Origin: Mobula hypostoma | Taxonomy: Eukaryota | DNA: 64,000 nucleotides | Direction of reading: 5' to 3' | Assembly: GCF_963921235.1 (NCBI RefSeq) | Contig: NC_086108.1 | Location: forward strand, 29,514,001-29,578,000 | Shown here: piece by piece, positions 51,561 through 63,699 of the stretch | How positions within the stretch are numbered: the stretch's first letter is position 1 | How the letters are laid out: each line of letters opens with the position of its first letter | Notes under the pieces: model-generated | Told to the model about the DNA's origin: nothing | Database searches by the model: none | The model's input: only the letters and a program-made list of their open reading frames with translations | Made by a program: the position numbers and the translations under genes

Positions 51561-52479
51561 AATCTTTTCAACTGATGCTGACTGACCTGCTGAGTTCCTC
51601 TAGCGCATTGTGAGTGTTCCTTTGACAACAGCATCTGCAGCTTATTTTGTGTATACTTAAACTCTCCTTTTAAAGCTCAACAGTCTTTAGGCAATTAAAA
51701 AAATGGTGAAGGAAATTTCCACACACATCAAAAAATGTTAGACAGCATGCAGCCTGATTGAAGTGCACGCTCTAAATAATATAATAGTCCACAGGAACAG
51801 TTTGGCTAATTAAAATCACATGTCACATAATATTTTTGACAAAGAAAGCATTAAAACCAGGGATTAAAAGGGAGAATAATCCATTTGCTCCGTACTGGGA
51901 AACATTGTAATAACTCATTGGCACCAACTTTTGCTTCTCATTATGGGCTTGTCAATTTGGATTTTGATTTCTCTATTAACTATCGTAAATGTTCAGCATG
52001 CATCTAATTTAAACAGTTAACCATCCAAAACGTATTGCAATACTTATGGGAGGTGTGTTCATTGCCCGATGGTTGTCAAAACCCAATCAGTAAATTTGAG
52101 TCAAACAGGGTAATTTAATACAGGGGCATCCAAACCTCCCTCCAATAATTTGTTGATGACAATTTAGTTCTCAATTCATTGAAACCATCATAATAGCCTG
52201 TGATAACAAAGCTGTAGCTTCCTGCAGATTTGCATTGGGTCTGTTACATAGTTTTGAAACAACACTAGGAATTGCTTATTTACTGCGTGTTATGCTGCTG
52301 GAGTTTAGGGCAGCAATGAAAATAACATCTCCATCTCTGGTGGTATTCAGGGCTTCCTTCATCAAGTCAGTCGCTTCCTCTTGATTTTCACTACTGTCGG
52401 ACATGCAGATCCCAGGTGGAGAGTCAGAAATACTGTCACAATCAGACGTAGAAGGAATCATCATTGCTGTTTCTACCAG

Positions 52480-52680
52480 TCAGAGTTGTTAGCCCTGAGC
52501 TGATACCCGGAACCTGGTGGAATGGTGGATCACTTTGTCTGGCCTCTGCCCTTTACGCATGGGTGACCCTCCCAAAAGCCAAAACATAAAGTCCTGACCT
52601 CAGCCAGAATAGCTGGCTGGGCTATTGAGGCAGAACAAACCTTCAAACCATGACTAGGTTGTGCTCCTCTTGGAGGAGTT
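52480..52680 (-). mobile_element. RTE-clade 5' UTR-like fragment
   Basis: Minus strand GAGCACAACCTAGTCATGG...CTCAAT...GCTAT...AGGGTCACCCATGC resembles BovB/RTE 5' ends (from memory). Confidence 0.35.
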
Positions 52681-54242
52681 ACTAGGAATGATATCCGCAA
52701 ATCTGATGCACAATCATAAAATCAATGTGGTTCACTGATGCCCTTCCAGGGAGGAAATCTGCCTGTGCATATTGTAACCTTAGCTTGGATGTCTCTTCGA
52801 TACCCTCTGTAAGGGTCTTGTAAGCCATTCGGTTAAACAGGAATTAGGAATTGACAAAATAGGGCTAGGTTTGCCCGAGAAGCCCAGATCCTGATAGGTG
52901 AATAAAAAAGTAGCAGATTGCAGAGTTTCTGTATCCAGAGTGGCAAAGCACTGCATGTAAATAGAGGTTCTCAAAATGGATGGAGTTCCACCATCTTTCC
53001 AAAGCAATGTCTCTTTAAATATTAATTATAATTGTTTTGAAAGTTGTTAGATATTTAAAAGAAATAATGCTCTTGTAATGGATATTTAACAAACGTGAAA
53101 ACAAGAAAAAGCAAATGTTAGCAATCAGAGGGAGAAAACTCATTAATGTGTCAAATAGACGAAGGTGAATTCCAGAGACCAATCTCAGACAGCTTTATGT
53201 TGGACATCTCTGTTAAAGGCTGTGAGTTTAGAATCAGGATCCGAAACAGAATCAGAATTAGGATTATGAGCACTGATATATGTTATGAAATTTGTTGCTT
53301 TTGTGGCAGCAACACAGTGCAAGATATACACTACAATAGAAAGTGATGAGACATAATGAGCATTCATGAACCATTCAGAAATTAGATTGCAGAGGGGCAT
53401 GACTCGTATAGTGAGGGTCCTTAATGATGGATGTCTCCTTCTTGAGACTCCACTCTCCCCTTCAAATGCATAAAATACATTGAGCTCATTGAGGAGTGCA
53501 GCATCACAGCCATCTATGCTGCTATATTTCGCCTTTTAGGAAGTAATGCATTCAAAACCTGACTCAGCTGACCTGCATCCAATTGTGTCTCTGACAACAC
53601 ATGGAATCGTCTTCGGTAGTTTGAACCTGAACTTCTTGTAGGATCCTGGGTCACCAGTCTTGAACACCACAGTTCTAGCCATCAGCAGACTGTGAATCTC
53701 CTGGCTTCTGGGCTGGGTATGTTTGGTATGTTCTTGGAAGCACACACTCATTCACACAGATCTTGAAATTGGTGATAACTGTGAAAAATTCATTCAGATC
53801 CAAAGATAAATAATTGTATATGTAATTCATTCAAGTCCATTCAAGCACTTTTCCACTTCCCTTGACCATACCCTCATGGTTCAATAGTACTGCAGTCTTC
53901 AGTTTCTGCCTGTATAACAGGAGTAGAAATACAACCAGGTGATCAACTTTGCCAATGTGCTGGTGTGGGATGGCAAAGAAAATGTTCTTAATGGCGGTGT
54001 TACAATGAACAAATGTGTTGGCACCTCAGGTTCTACAGTGATTGGTTAATGGTGGCTTGTCAGAGACTTCATCAAGCTGGCGTGGTTGAAATCCCATGCA
54101 ACGAAAAGGAATTCATCAGGGTGTGTTGTCTTGCTACAGTTGATCACAGTACTCAGCTCCTCACGTGCCAGCTTGCCGTTTTTTGGTTTGGAATGTACAC
54201 TGCAACCAGGATGACGATAGAAAGCTCCCTCGGCAGATAGAT

Positions 54243-57096
54243 CAGTGTTTCCCAAACTTTTTTAGCCCAACACCTGCTAAAGCACTTTCGTACTTGCCAA
54301 CACCCCTGTTAGGCACAATATGCTTTCTGGCACCCCCATACTGTAAAAACTTGTCCACCATATGCTAACATGAGAAAAATGATTCTGCTTTAAATTTTTA
54401 TTTGTGTTTAAACCCAGTTTACACAGTACCCGTGCGCTGTACAGCGACTTCGATATCAATGTGTTTCTTAAGCCTGATGGTTTTTAGCAAAGAGTTGAAA
54501 TATCTGGTTCAAGTTGTGACAGAAGAAGTCTTAAGTCCCCATGCGTAACAATGTCCAAGTAGTTTCTGGGTTTTTTTGTGAGTATGTGGTTCACTGCACT
54601 GAAACCTCTTTTCACAAAGTAGCAGGATGGAAATGCAACAAAAAGCAATTTGGCTCTGCTCCAAAGACCAGGAAACTTCGTATAACAGTGTAGCCACATA
54701 GCACAAAAGCCAACATTTTTGAAAAATATTTTTGCTTCTTCATTATTCTGAATTTCGATACTTTCTTTTTGCAAGCTCTCTTCCTGTTCTTCCACCTTGT
54801 AAAGAAATTGGTTAATTACCCAGTCTGGAATTTCAAGATCATTCAAGTTCTTGAATTGATTCTGAAAATCCTTCTTCAGTGACTGCAGGTGTAAGCAGTA
54901 CTCTAGCACGTCACTCTCTGTGAAAGAGAGTGCCATACTTTCCATGCAAGGAAACTGTGAGAACATTCTTCTCCCAATGTTTTACTTATATACTGCATAT
55001 TGCCAGTTTTCTGATAAAAGTAGATACTGCACTTTTAGCTTGGGTTAAATCAAAATTCTCACCCTGCAGCTTCATTATTTAGAATGTTCATTTTGTCATA
55101 TAGATCGGCAATGTATGTATACCACATCTCCATGTAGAAGTTCAATCTTGTTTCCCAGGCTCTTGTCAACTTTCAGAAAATTCAACCACAGTGTCAAAAA
55201 GATCAAAGAAACATTTAAGCAGCAGCCTTTTTGACAGTCAACACACTTCAATGTGAAGAAGCAAGTGTTCAAACTCTTCATCTTTATCTTGGCATAACTG
55301 GCAAAATATTTTGCTACTTAATGGATGAGCTTTAATTTTATTGATAGCAGATATTACAAGAGTCATGCTTGAAAAAAGTCATCGGCTAAGGTGTTTGTTT
55401 GCGAGATGTTGACATTGCACAATTGATTGCAAACAGATTTGGAATCTCCTTTTTCATAAATGCCACTAAACCAGCATGGCAACCTGTCATGTATGGGTCT
55501 CCACCTATTGCACAAGAACTAATGTTCCTAATCGGAATACTTTTATCCTCAATACACATTTCGAGCTCATTGTAGATTGATTCTCCATTGATATTTGTTT
55601 TTAACTTTTTACAAAAGAGAATCTCTTCATAAACTTCTCCATTTTTGATAAACTATACATATGCCATGAGCAGTGCTTTGTTGTCTTGCACAGTTGACTC
55701 ACCTAGTTGTATCCCAAATTTTGTTTTTTTGTAATTCTTTGCACAGTTGATACTCATTTTGTCAATACAATGAGCTACACTCAGAGGAATTGATTTTAAA
55801 ATACCCTGTACTGGTATCTATTTTGAGAACCTGGTGAGCACTTCTGATATGGCAGGCATTATTAATCTTTCACCAATTGTAGGAGATCTTCCACATTTTG
55901 CCATAATTTTGCAAATGTTATAAGGAACAATGAGACCATTATCAAGGTCATTTTTAGCTGTCTTGGCAAATGACTCAAGTGTGCAACACTTTTCAAATGT
56001 TTCTTTCATCTTCTGGAACTGAGTAATACCATAAGTAGTATTTCCAGGGTGTCTTTTATGGAAGTATTCCAAAATTTTGATAATTTCATGGCTTCATTAG
56101 ACAGTACGGTATTACAAATAAGACTCATGGGGCACTGCTGATCTGACAGGAATGGAATAAAGCTATAATCTAGGTATGTAACATTGTATTGATGCACTTT
56201 CTGTAGTTTCTGTTTCTAGCAGGATTAGAATTCAAGGCTTCACTGCCTTCAGACTCAAAGAGATCGTGCCTACGTATTTATCCATCTTTAACAAGGCTAA
56301 ATTAAAATAAAAAATGAACATAAACTGGGAATGGATATCAGATGTTGACGATGACAGTGAGTTGGCACGGATGGAACAATGGTAGAAACACACAAAGGAA
56401 TGGCGAGGTGAAGATAAAGATGATCACAACTGTGAAAATTACATTGACAAGGATAGAGATTGGAATCTGAATGTTAGTCGGGATAGACCTGGTGTTTAGC
56501 AAGCTACCTTTATACTATTCCAGTTCACGTGATTGACCCATCAAGTAAGGTCTCATAATCCCCAAAGATGGTTTTTGACTGCGCATATGAAGCCAAGGTC
56601 ACTTTGAACACCTCAAGGTGAATCCTTGGGGTTGGCAGGCTTGCTGATTGGCTCTATTTCACCACTTGGTTCCAGTCAATGCAGTATCTTTCCGCGACCT
56701 TTTTTCCATAGATCTGTAGAGAAAGTTGAGACGGTGTACTTAACTTACTAACTGTTAAATTGCCTGTAAATGTTCCATGCTGCGATTCAAGGGGAACTGT
56801 TGGGCACCCTGGTTGCTAATTTATGCTCCCCAATAATGTCTGACTGGTTGGTAAGGTTGGATGAGATTGTCAAGTTTCAGACGCGTTGTGACAACGAGTT
56901 CTCACTGCCTACCGAGCTACAGTTCTTCCTGTGTTCCAGTGCCTCATCCTTTTTTCTTGGAAGTGCCTGCTCTCCTCACAGTCAGTCTGGTCTCTTGCCT
57001 TGTTAGGGTGCTGCTTAACGCTCCCCCGCCCCCCGATTACTTCTTTTTCCCCTAACGCCCCTTAGGACATGTAACCGCCCCCATTGGGAATCACCA
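54243..57096 (-). mobile_element. Full-length decayed hAT (Buster/Charlie-type) DNA transposon, ~2.85 kb
   Basis: TIRs CAGTGTTTCCCAA / TTGGGAATCACCA; eroded 8-bp TSD AGATAGAT / GAATAGAA with central TA; transposase fragments inside. Confidence 0.85.
54484..56200 (-). pseudogene. hAT transposase (ZBED8/SCAND3/FAM200-like), disrupted
   Basis: QY...YL..F...CPMSLIC..VLSNEAMK, KCGRSPTIGERLIMPA, IPDWVINQF, FPSCYFVKRGFSAV...GDLRL.LS.LEPDI. Confidence 0.85.
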
Positions 57097-59369
57097 GAAT
57101 AGAAGATACATCACTGCCAGATGTTCTGGATCAGGGGAGCAGGACTGCGACAGAATCACCGTATCTGTTCTCCGCAATAAATTAATCATAAAGCAAATGC
57201 TCTCTGCCACCGTCTCTGCCTTTACTGGACGCTGCTGTCTGGTCCACACAGTGGAAGGTGAGGCTCTCGGGCTGGAGTAACTGTGTGCGGAGAGCTGGAT
57301 ATGAGCCATGCCTCCGTGAAGAAGAATAAACAGACTGGTACTGCAGAATTTTATTTTCCAGAGACTGTACGTTAACCAGGAGGAACTATATATGAGGCAG
57401 CAAGAATTGTACGTTAGCTGGAAGGATGGTAGGCAGAAGGTCTTAGGGCCCTGTGTTTCACTTTTACCTGCAACTCAGCATGACAGCCACATTTTCTGAG
57501 ACACTTGCTCCCTGGCTGGTCAGTAGTCCCAAGACTGCCCACACTGAAACTCCCTCCCACCATCCAGGTCTCATAATGTATGAAGCACCAGTAACGTTAT
57601 ACTGTTTACATTTTAACGTGTGTCCTAAATGCACCTTATGATTTGTCAATTTACTAATGGTAATATTACTTTAAGCATTACGTGCATGAGTTATAGGTGC
57701 AGTGTGGTGCACCTTGGTGCAAAGGAATGTTGTTTCGTATGACAGTGTAGATACATAAGGCTGAATAACAATGTGCTTGGATCTGAACTTAACGATGTTC
57801 AAAAATATATTTTTTAATTACTTGAAACAATGATGCTTGCCACAGTTCTCAGCATGCTGATTGGAGTATAGTTGTTATTCTGATCTTTTCTATATGCCAC
57901 ACTCTGAATTCTATCGCATTGTGTTCCAGAGCTGGACTGTGAATTTCATGGCTCAATTATTGTAATGTGATAGTACATAGTCTCCAGTAATCTTTAGTTA
58001 ATTTCAGTGATGCTTTGAACTATAATCTTCTTAAGACACTTACGAAAGTATAAATAGTAATCAATATAATTTGACCTTTGGTGTTTTGAGAAGTGTAAAC
58101 AGCTTTAGCTTTGCTCTAGTGATTTGCCTTGTAATTATTTTCGAAGGTCTCAATGTGTTCAAATGCTCAGAAATGTTGTAATTCTCTCTCTGCACTGAAG
58201 CCTCTGTACTGCTGACTACAAAACGTTTGGCATGGATTCACATCATAGTGCTGAATAGTCACTTTATTTATGACAAATATTCCTAGACAGTGAGCTTGAA
58301 ACTCTCCGTTATATTGCCAGGTTAATTGCACCTTGAGAAACAAGGTGAAATTCTAAACTTTTCTCCAAAAAATCCCATCTTTTTCACAGGGAAATGTTAA
58401 GAATGGAGCTGAGCATGCAGTTATAAATTATTTTTCGGATCAAAGAATGGCGAGCTTCATTCTTCAGTTCTGTAAAGATGCTTCAGTGCTCAGCTAGTTA
58501 AAGAAATTAAATGACATGTGACCTAGCACGTAGGGTGTGCTAGCATTAATGTTAAGTACACTGACTCTCTTTTGGAATTAGATCATTGAGCTTTGGTGGA
58601 GCTCAAAATCTTTCATTAGATTTAAAGAATATCAACAGGTATGGTTTGTTCTTGTGATTAGGCCAGTGATTTTTAGTGTAATTTTGCAATTGACATACAC
58701 AGCTTTTAAGCCAAATGACTTCTTCACTAGATGTTGATTTATTTATTGAGATAAAGATGTTGCTGGAAGCGCTGATATTTATTGTTCATCTGTAAGGATC
58801 TTGGACTGAGGCAGCAACCGCATTGATGGTCAGACCAGGTGGCAGAATTATTCCACTCTCGGACACTAGTGAGTATGAGGGATTATATTATGATCTAGTA
58901 GATATTTTAAGTACCAGATTTATTGAAGTGTCTGAATTTAAAAACACCAGTTGCCTCAGTGACAGCTGATTCATATCTCAGGATTAATAGCCCTGAACTC
59001 CATATGCCACTCTAGTGACATTGTCCATGCTACTTCTGTCTTGGTGTGCCACTAACTCATACAGTGCACGCAGGATGTAGTCTCGATCCCCAGTCATTGA
59101 CAAAATGGGTGGTCAGTGGAAGCTATCTTATGTTCTGAAAGGAAAAGGAAGGAATAATTGATAAGAGAGATCTTCAGATATGTAAATTTCATTTCCACCA
59201 ATTACTGCTATGGTTACTAACTTCTGGTGTTTGCTTATTCCTTGTGGGATTCCTATTGAATGTTTTGAAAGGCTGCAACCTGACCAAGTTAATGCTTCAG
59301 ATTAAGCAAGCTGAATGGCTGATACCCTGGACTGAGTGAACAGCAGATATGGTGCAGCACTCACATGAA

Positions 59370-59541
59370 AATGTCCGCAGATGCTGAAATCCAAAGCAAT
59401 ACACACAGAATGCTGGACGAACTCAGCAGGCCAGGCAGCATCAATGGAAAGGAGTAAACAGCCGACATTTCAGGCTGAGACAACTTTTCCTTTGATGCTG
59501 TCTGATCTGCTGAGTTCCTTCAGTGTTCTGTTTGTGTTGCT
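59370..59541. mobile_element. Penelope-derived mini-palindrome
   Basis: Arms 59395-59455 and 59482-59541 are imperfect reverse complements of the pLTR 3' end; the loop holds half a hammerhead (GACATTTCAGGCTGAGAC). Confidence 0.7.
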
Positions 59542-59888
59542 ATGGAGTAGCACTTGATGTTCTCTTGTCCGTGCTGCAGCTGCCCAGAGGTTTATTGATG
59601 GCTCTTGATTGGAAATGTCATCAATACCAGTCTGAATTATCTACAGGGAATCTCCAGAGGGAAAGTGTGGCTAATGTAACTAGTAAATCTACTGCTTGGC
59701 TCTGCAATCAGTCAGATTATGACATCCTCAGCGTGAAACATATGGCTGGGTTTATGGTTGGACATCCAGGTATGATTGGATTAGGACAAGATCATGTATA
59801 AAACCAAATCTTCCACCCACTCCTTACCATCTCCAAACCGCCCACTTTTAGTTTTAATAAGGACCAGGTTAGTAATATATCCATTATA

Positions 59889-60946
59889 CAATCAGTGGCC
59901 ACTATATTAGGTACACCTCTTGACAGCAACTCAATGCATATAAGCATGTAGACGTTGTTAAGTGGTTCATTTGTTGTTCAGACCAGATTTCAGAATGGGG
60001 AAGAAATGTGATCTAAGTAACTTTGACCATGGAATGATTGTTGGTGTCAGATGAGGTGATTTGAGTATCTCTGAAACTGCTGAAGTCCTGAGATTTTCAC
60101 ACACAGCAGTTTCTAGAGCTTGCAGAGAATGGTGCCCAAAACAGAAAAAAACATCCAGTGAGCAGTAATTCTATGGGCACAAATACCTTGTTAATGAGTG
60201 GTCAGAGGAGAATGGCCAGACTCTTAGTCCAAACTGACAGTAAAGCGACAGAATCCGAACCAGAATCAGAATCAGGCTTATTATCACCGGCATGTGACGT
60301 GAAATCTGTTAACTTAGCAGCAGCAGTTCAATGCAATGCATAATCTAGCAGAGAGAGAAAAAATAAATAAATAAAATAAGACATTATAATAATAAATAAA
60401 CAAGTAAATCAATTACGTATATTGAATAGATTTTAAAAATATGCAAAGACAGGAATACTGTATATTTTTTAAAAAGTGAGGTAATGTCCAAAGCTTCAAT
60501 GTCCATTTAGGAATCGGATGGCAGAGGGGAAGAAGCTGTTTCTGAATCACTGAGTGTGTGCTTTCAGGCTTCGGTACCTCCTTCCTGATGGTAACAGTGA
60601 GAAAAGGGTGCTGGAGGTCCTTAATAATTGATGCTGCCTTTCTGAGTCACTGCTCCCTAAAGACGTCCTGGGTACTTTGTAGGCTAGTGCCCAAGATGGA
60701 GCTGACTAGATTTACAACCTTCTGCAGCTTCTTTCGGTCCTGTGCAGTAGCCCCTTCCATACCAGACAGTGATGCAGTAACTCAAATAAACATGTGTTAT
60801 AACACTAGTGTGCAGAAGAGCATCTCTGAATGCACAACACATCAAACCTGGAACTGAATGGGATATAGCAGCAGAAAACCAGGAACGTACATTCATTGAC
60901 CACTTCATTAGGTCCGGGAGGCAGCTAATAAACTGGCCACTGAGTA
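59889..60946 (+). mobile_element. Non-autonomous Tc1-like transposon
   Basis: TIRs CAATCAGTGGCCACTATATTAGG / GCTAATAAACTGGCCACTGAGTA, TA flanks; transposase N-terminus MGKKCDLSNFDHGMIVG...SISETAE...VSR at 59995. Confidence 0.85.
60252..60774 (-). mobile_element. Rex1-like LINE 3' fragment inserted in the Tc1 element
   Basis: Reverse tail (GAATCA)n; CITVWYG peptide; Tc1 sequence resumes at CAGTAACTCAAATAA. Confidence 0.8.
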
Positions 60947-61329
60947 TAAAGAGGCTATTTGTCCGAATCAGTGTCCTCATGGTACCTGAGGTCAGTGGAA
61001 CAGCTGTCCACTAAAAGGAGGTTAGGAAACTTCAAGGAGAAGATAAACAAGTTCACATCTAGTGGCCCAAGAATGCTCCTTATCCCAAGCAACAAAGCTG
61101 ACACCAACAACCCTCTCCCACCCTACTACATTCGTTCCTGATCAGAGAGTGGACCACTTCTGCCATTTATAGAATCAGAACCTCAGGGAGTGAATCAGAT
61201 AAGAGGGGACCTGTGGTTTCTTCAGGAATCCAGCTCACCTGAACTGAAGAAAAGCCTATCAATCAGGCTGACATCTGGGCAGAGAACCTTGTAAGAAGAT
61301 CTGTGTACTGTGTAATTAAACCTATAGAT

Positions 61330-61610
61330 AGATTCGATTAGCTTTATTTGCCACATATACGTCAAAACATTGAAACATATATTGAAATGAATTATTTTGT
61401 GACAACAATCAACACGGTCTGAGGATTCTACTGGGGGTAGCCTGCAAACGTAGCATGCCCACAGCTCACTAACCCTAACCATACACCTTTGCAATATGGG
61501 AGAAATATAAGTGTTTTCTGTAAGAACGCTGGCCTCACAGACAGCTGCGGGATTTGAACCCCGACGAGCGATAGATGGCGCTGTAAAGTGATGTACAAAT
61601 TGCTATGTAA
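61330..61610 (-). mobile_element. V-SINE-type SINE
   Basis: Reverse B box GGATTTGAACC; tail similar to 27380-27470 in reverse. Confidence 0.55.
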
Positions 61611-61784
61611 CCTATCACAAACCTTGACTGCCCTGTCACCTCTCCCACCTGAACCTAACCGAGCTCTTCACTGTTAATACGCAAGCTGCCACAAATACAA
61701 ACTCTTCATAAGTTAGATACAGAAGCAAAGTTAAGCATTTGGAAAGGAAGGTGGGATCAGAGGAAGGAGATAAAATGGACAGAT

Positions 61785-62210
61785 TCAGAATCAGAACTAA
61801 TATCACAGACATATGATATGAAATTAGTTGTTTTGCTACAAAAAGATAGAAAATTACAATAAATTACAAGAACTTTTAAAAGCAGCACAAAAAGGAATAA
61901 TGCTGGAGTGTTCATGTGATGGCGGAGGAGAAGAAGCTGTTTCGGGATCAGAAGGTCCTGTAGCTCCTTCCTGACGGTAGTAACAAGGAGAGGGCAGGTC
62001 CTGGATGGTGAGAGTCCTTGGTGACGGATGCCTGTTGAAGATGACCTCAGTGGTGGGAAGGGTTGTGCCCATGATGGAGCAGACTAAGTCTGCCACTGTC
62101 TGCAGCCTCTTGCAAACCTCTGTACCAGAGCCTCCACACCAGGCTGCGATGCAACCAGTCAGAATGCTCTCCACTATACACCTGCTGAAACTTTTAGAAG
62201 CCTTCAGCAA
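61785..62210 (-). mobile_element. Rex1-like LINE 3' fragment
   Basis: RCIVESILTGCIAAWCG; reverse tail TCAGAATCAGAA. Confidence 0.75.
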
Positions 62211-62640
62211 TATACTCAAACAAGTAAAAAAAAATAATTCCCAACACAAATTAAATCCTACCCAACAGACAGATTTTGGACCATTAATATGGACCCATGA
62301 CTAGCTCCCACTGTGACAGCTGGGAGATTAATTTCAACTAATTAAATAAATCTGAAACATGAAAAATCTACCAGGTAATTGTAAAAACCCACCTGGATAA
62401 CAAATGCCCTGCAGCAGAGAAAATCTGCTGTCTTTATACAGTCTAACGTGTATCTACTCCATACTTGTGGAGTTAAATGTTCCCTAGGTAGGTTGTGGGC
62501 AATAATTACGATGTGCCATATGACTTGCTGGTGCTAACTATTGAGTATGTGCCACACCTCTTCTCCCCATGAAGGATTTTCATACCAAATCATCAGGAAA
62601 TTATAGTTGCTGAGGTAAAACTGAGGGAGGAAAGGAAATT

Positions 62641-62870
62641 TCCAAATGTAGTTGTTTAACAGCACAGGCGCATATTCCAGATGTGCTTTTTTTGCAATGC
62701 AAGTGTGAAGTCCAGATGTGCTTCTCTAATAGCTCACTTGCGGACTCTAGGTGTGCTTGTTTAACCATACAAGTATAAGTACAGACTCCAGATGTGCTTC
62801 CTTAATGACACAAGTGTGAACTAAAGGTATGTAGTTTTAATTGACAAGTGCAGACCTTGGGAGCTGTTTT
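62641..62870. repeat. Diverged 35-bp tandem array (~6.5 units)
   Basis: TCCAGATGTGCTT-type starts at 62641, 62676, 62711, 62746, 62787 (one 6-bp duplication) and 62822. Confidence 0.75.
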
Positions 62871-63699
62871 CCAATCAACACCTTAACAAAGTGCGCACTG
62901 CTCTCAATACCATATCTGTGCCGAAATGGTGACCAATCTTCACTTACAAATCATTACCAATTTCTGAAAATATTGCGTCTACTGGATTTTGATGGGATTA
63001 AATCTTCAACAGATTTAATGAATTATGAGCTTCATAAATTAATTCATAGAATTAATAAATTTGCAGCAGCTTGAGTTTAATTGTCATTCAACCATACATG
63101 AATGCCCATGAATACAGCCAAACTAAACAGCATTATTCCAGGGACAAGGTGCAATAGACAGTACTAACAATCGTACACAGCACAAGGCACATATAAGATA
63201 GCAGTAAAATATAAAGTCACACAGAAATATCTAGTCCAAGTCCCTGAGCCTGCAGTCGAACACAATGTATATTGTTTTCTGCCGAGTGAACACCAGAGGG
63301 CAGCACCAACTCCGACATGTACGCTGCGCCATACCCACTCTGTCACTCTGATGGAGCACACCAACTCTGATATCTCCTCCAGGTGGCCACAAACAGGCGA
63401 CATTGCGGCTTGAAGCCTAGTTGCCACCTTGACCAAGGGCATGCAGCCCCCCTCACCCCCCAGCACCATTCACCAATAATTCAGTGGATCGGACTTGCCG
63501 CATTCCACATTAACAATGTCCAACAGGGTCTTGCAATCACAAGGAAAGTGGTGGAGTTGATCTCTTGCTGTTAGACTGCACATCCACTCTGACACAGGCA
63601 GCAGCACAATCCACAGCAAGTCCAGCTCCTTCAGTTTCTCCGCCAGCGAGTAACTCGCTGCTGGGGTAGACCTGTAGTAATTTAAGTTCTTAATGTCCA

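Larger units (their letters stand above)
50542..51652 (-). mobile_element. Penelope-like insertion with inverted pseudo-LTR arms and 14-bp TSD
   Basis: Arms ~50539-50878 and ~51281-51614 are reverse complements; TSD ATACTTAAA(T/C)TCTC at 50528-50541 and 51653-51666. Confidence 0.92.
53230..57450 (-). mobile_element. Decayed Rex1-like LINE pieces hosting the hAT insertion
   Basis: EN peptide CSPDPEHLAV (right flank) continues as YLPRELS...THPDEFLFVAWDFNHA (left flank). Confidence 0.65.

Noticed and set aside
54484..54966. Domesticated ZBED8/SCAND3-like host gene
   Set aside because: Multiple frameshifts and stops upstream, and the sequence is enclosed by TIRs and a TSD; it is a transposon fossil.
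58389..58500. Acceptor-like site followed by a short open frame
   Set aside because: There is no convincing donor before the stop codon and the peptide is unrecognised.
62641..62870. Conserved 13-mer with variable intervening sequence as a CRISPR-like array
   Set aside because: The intervening segments resemble each other (TTAA...CAAGTG), so they are diverged tandem units, not acquired spacers.
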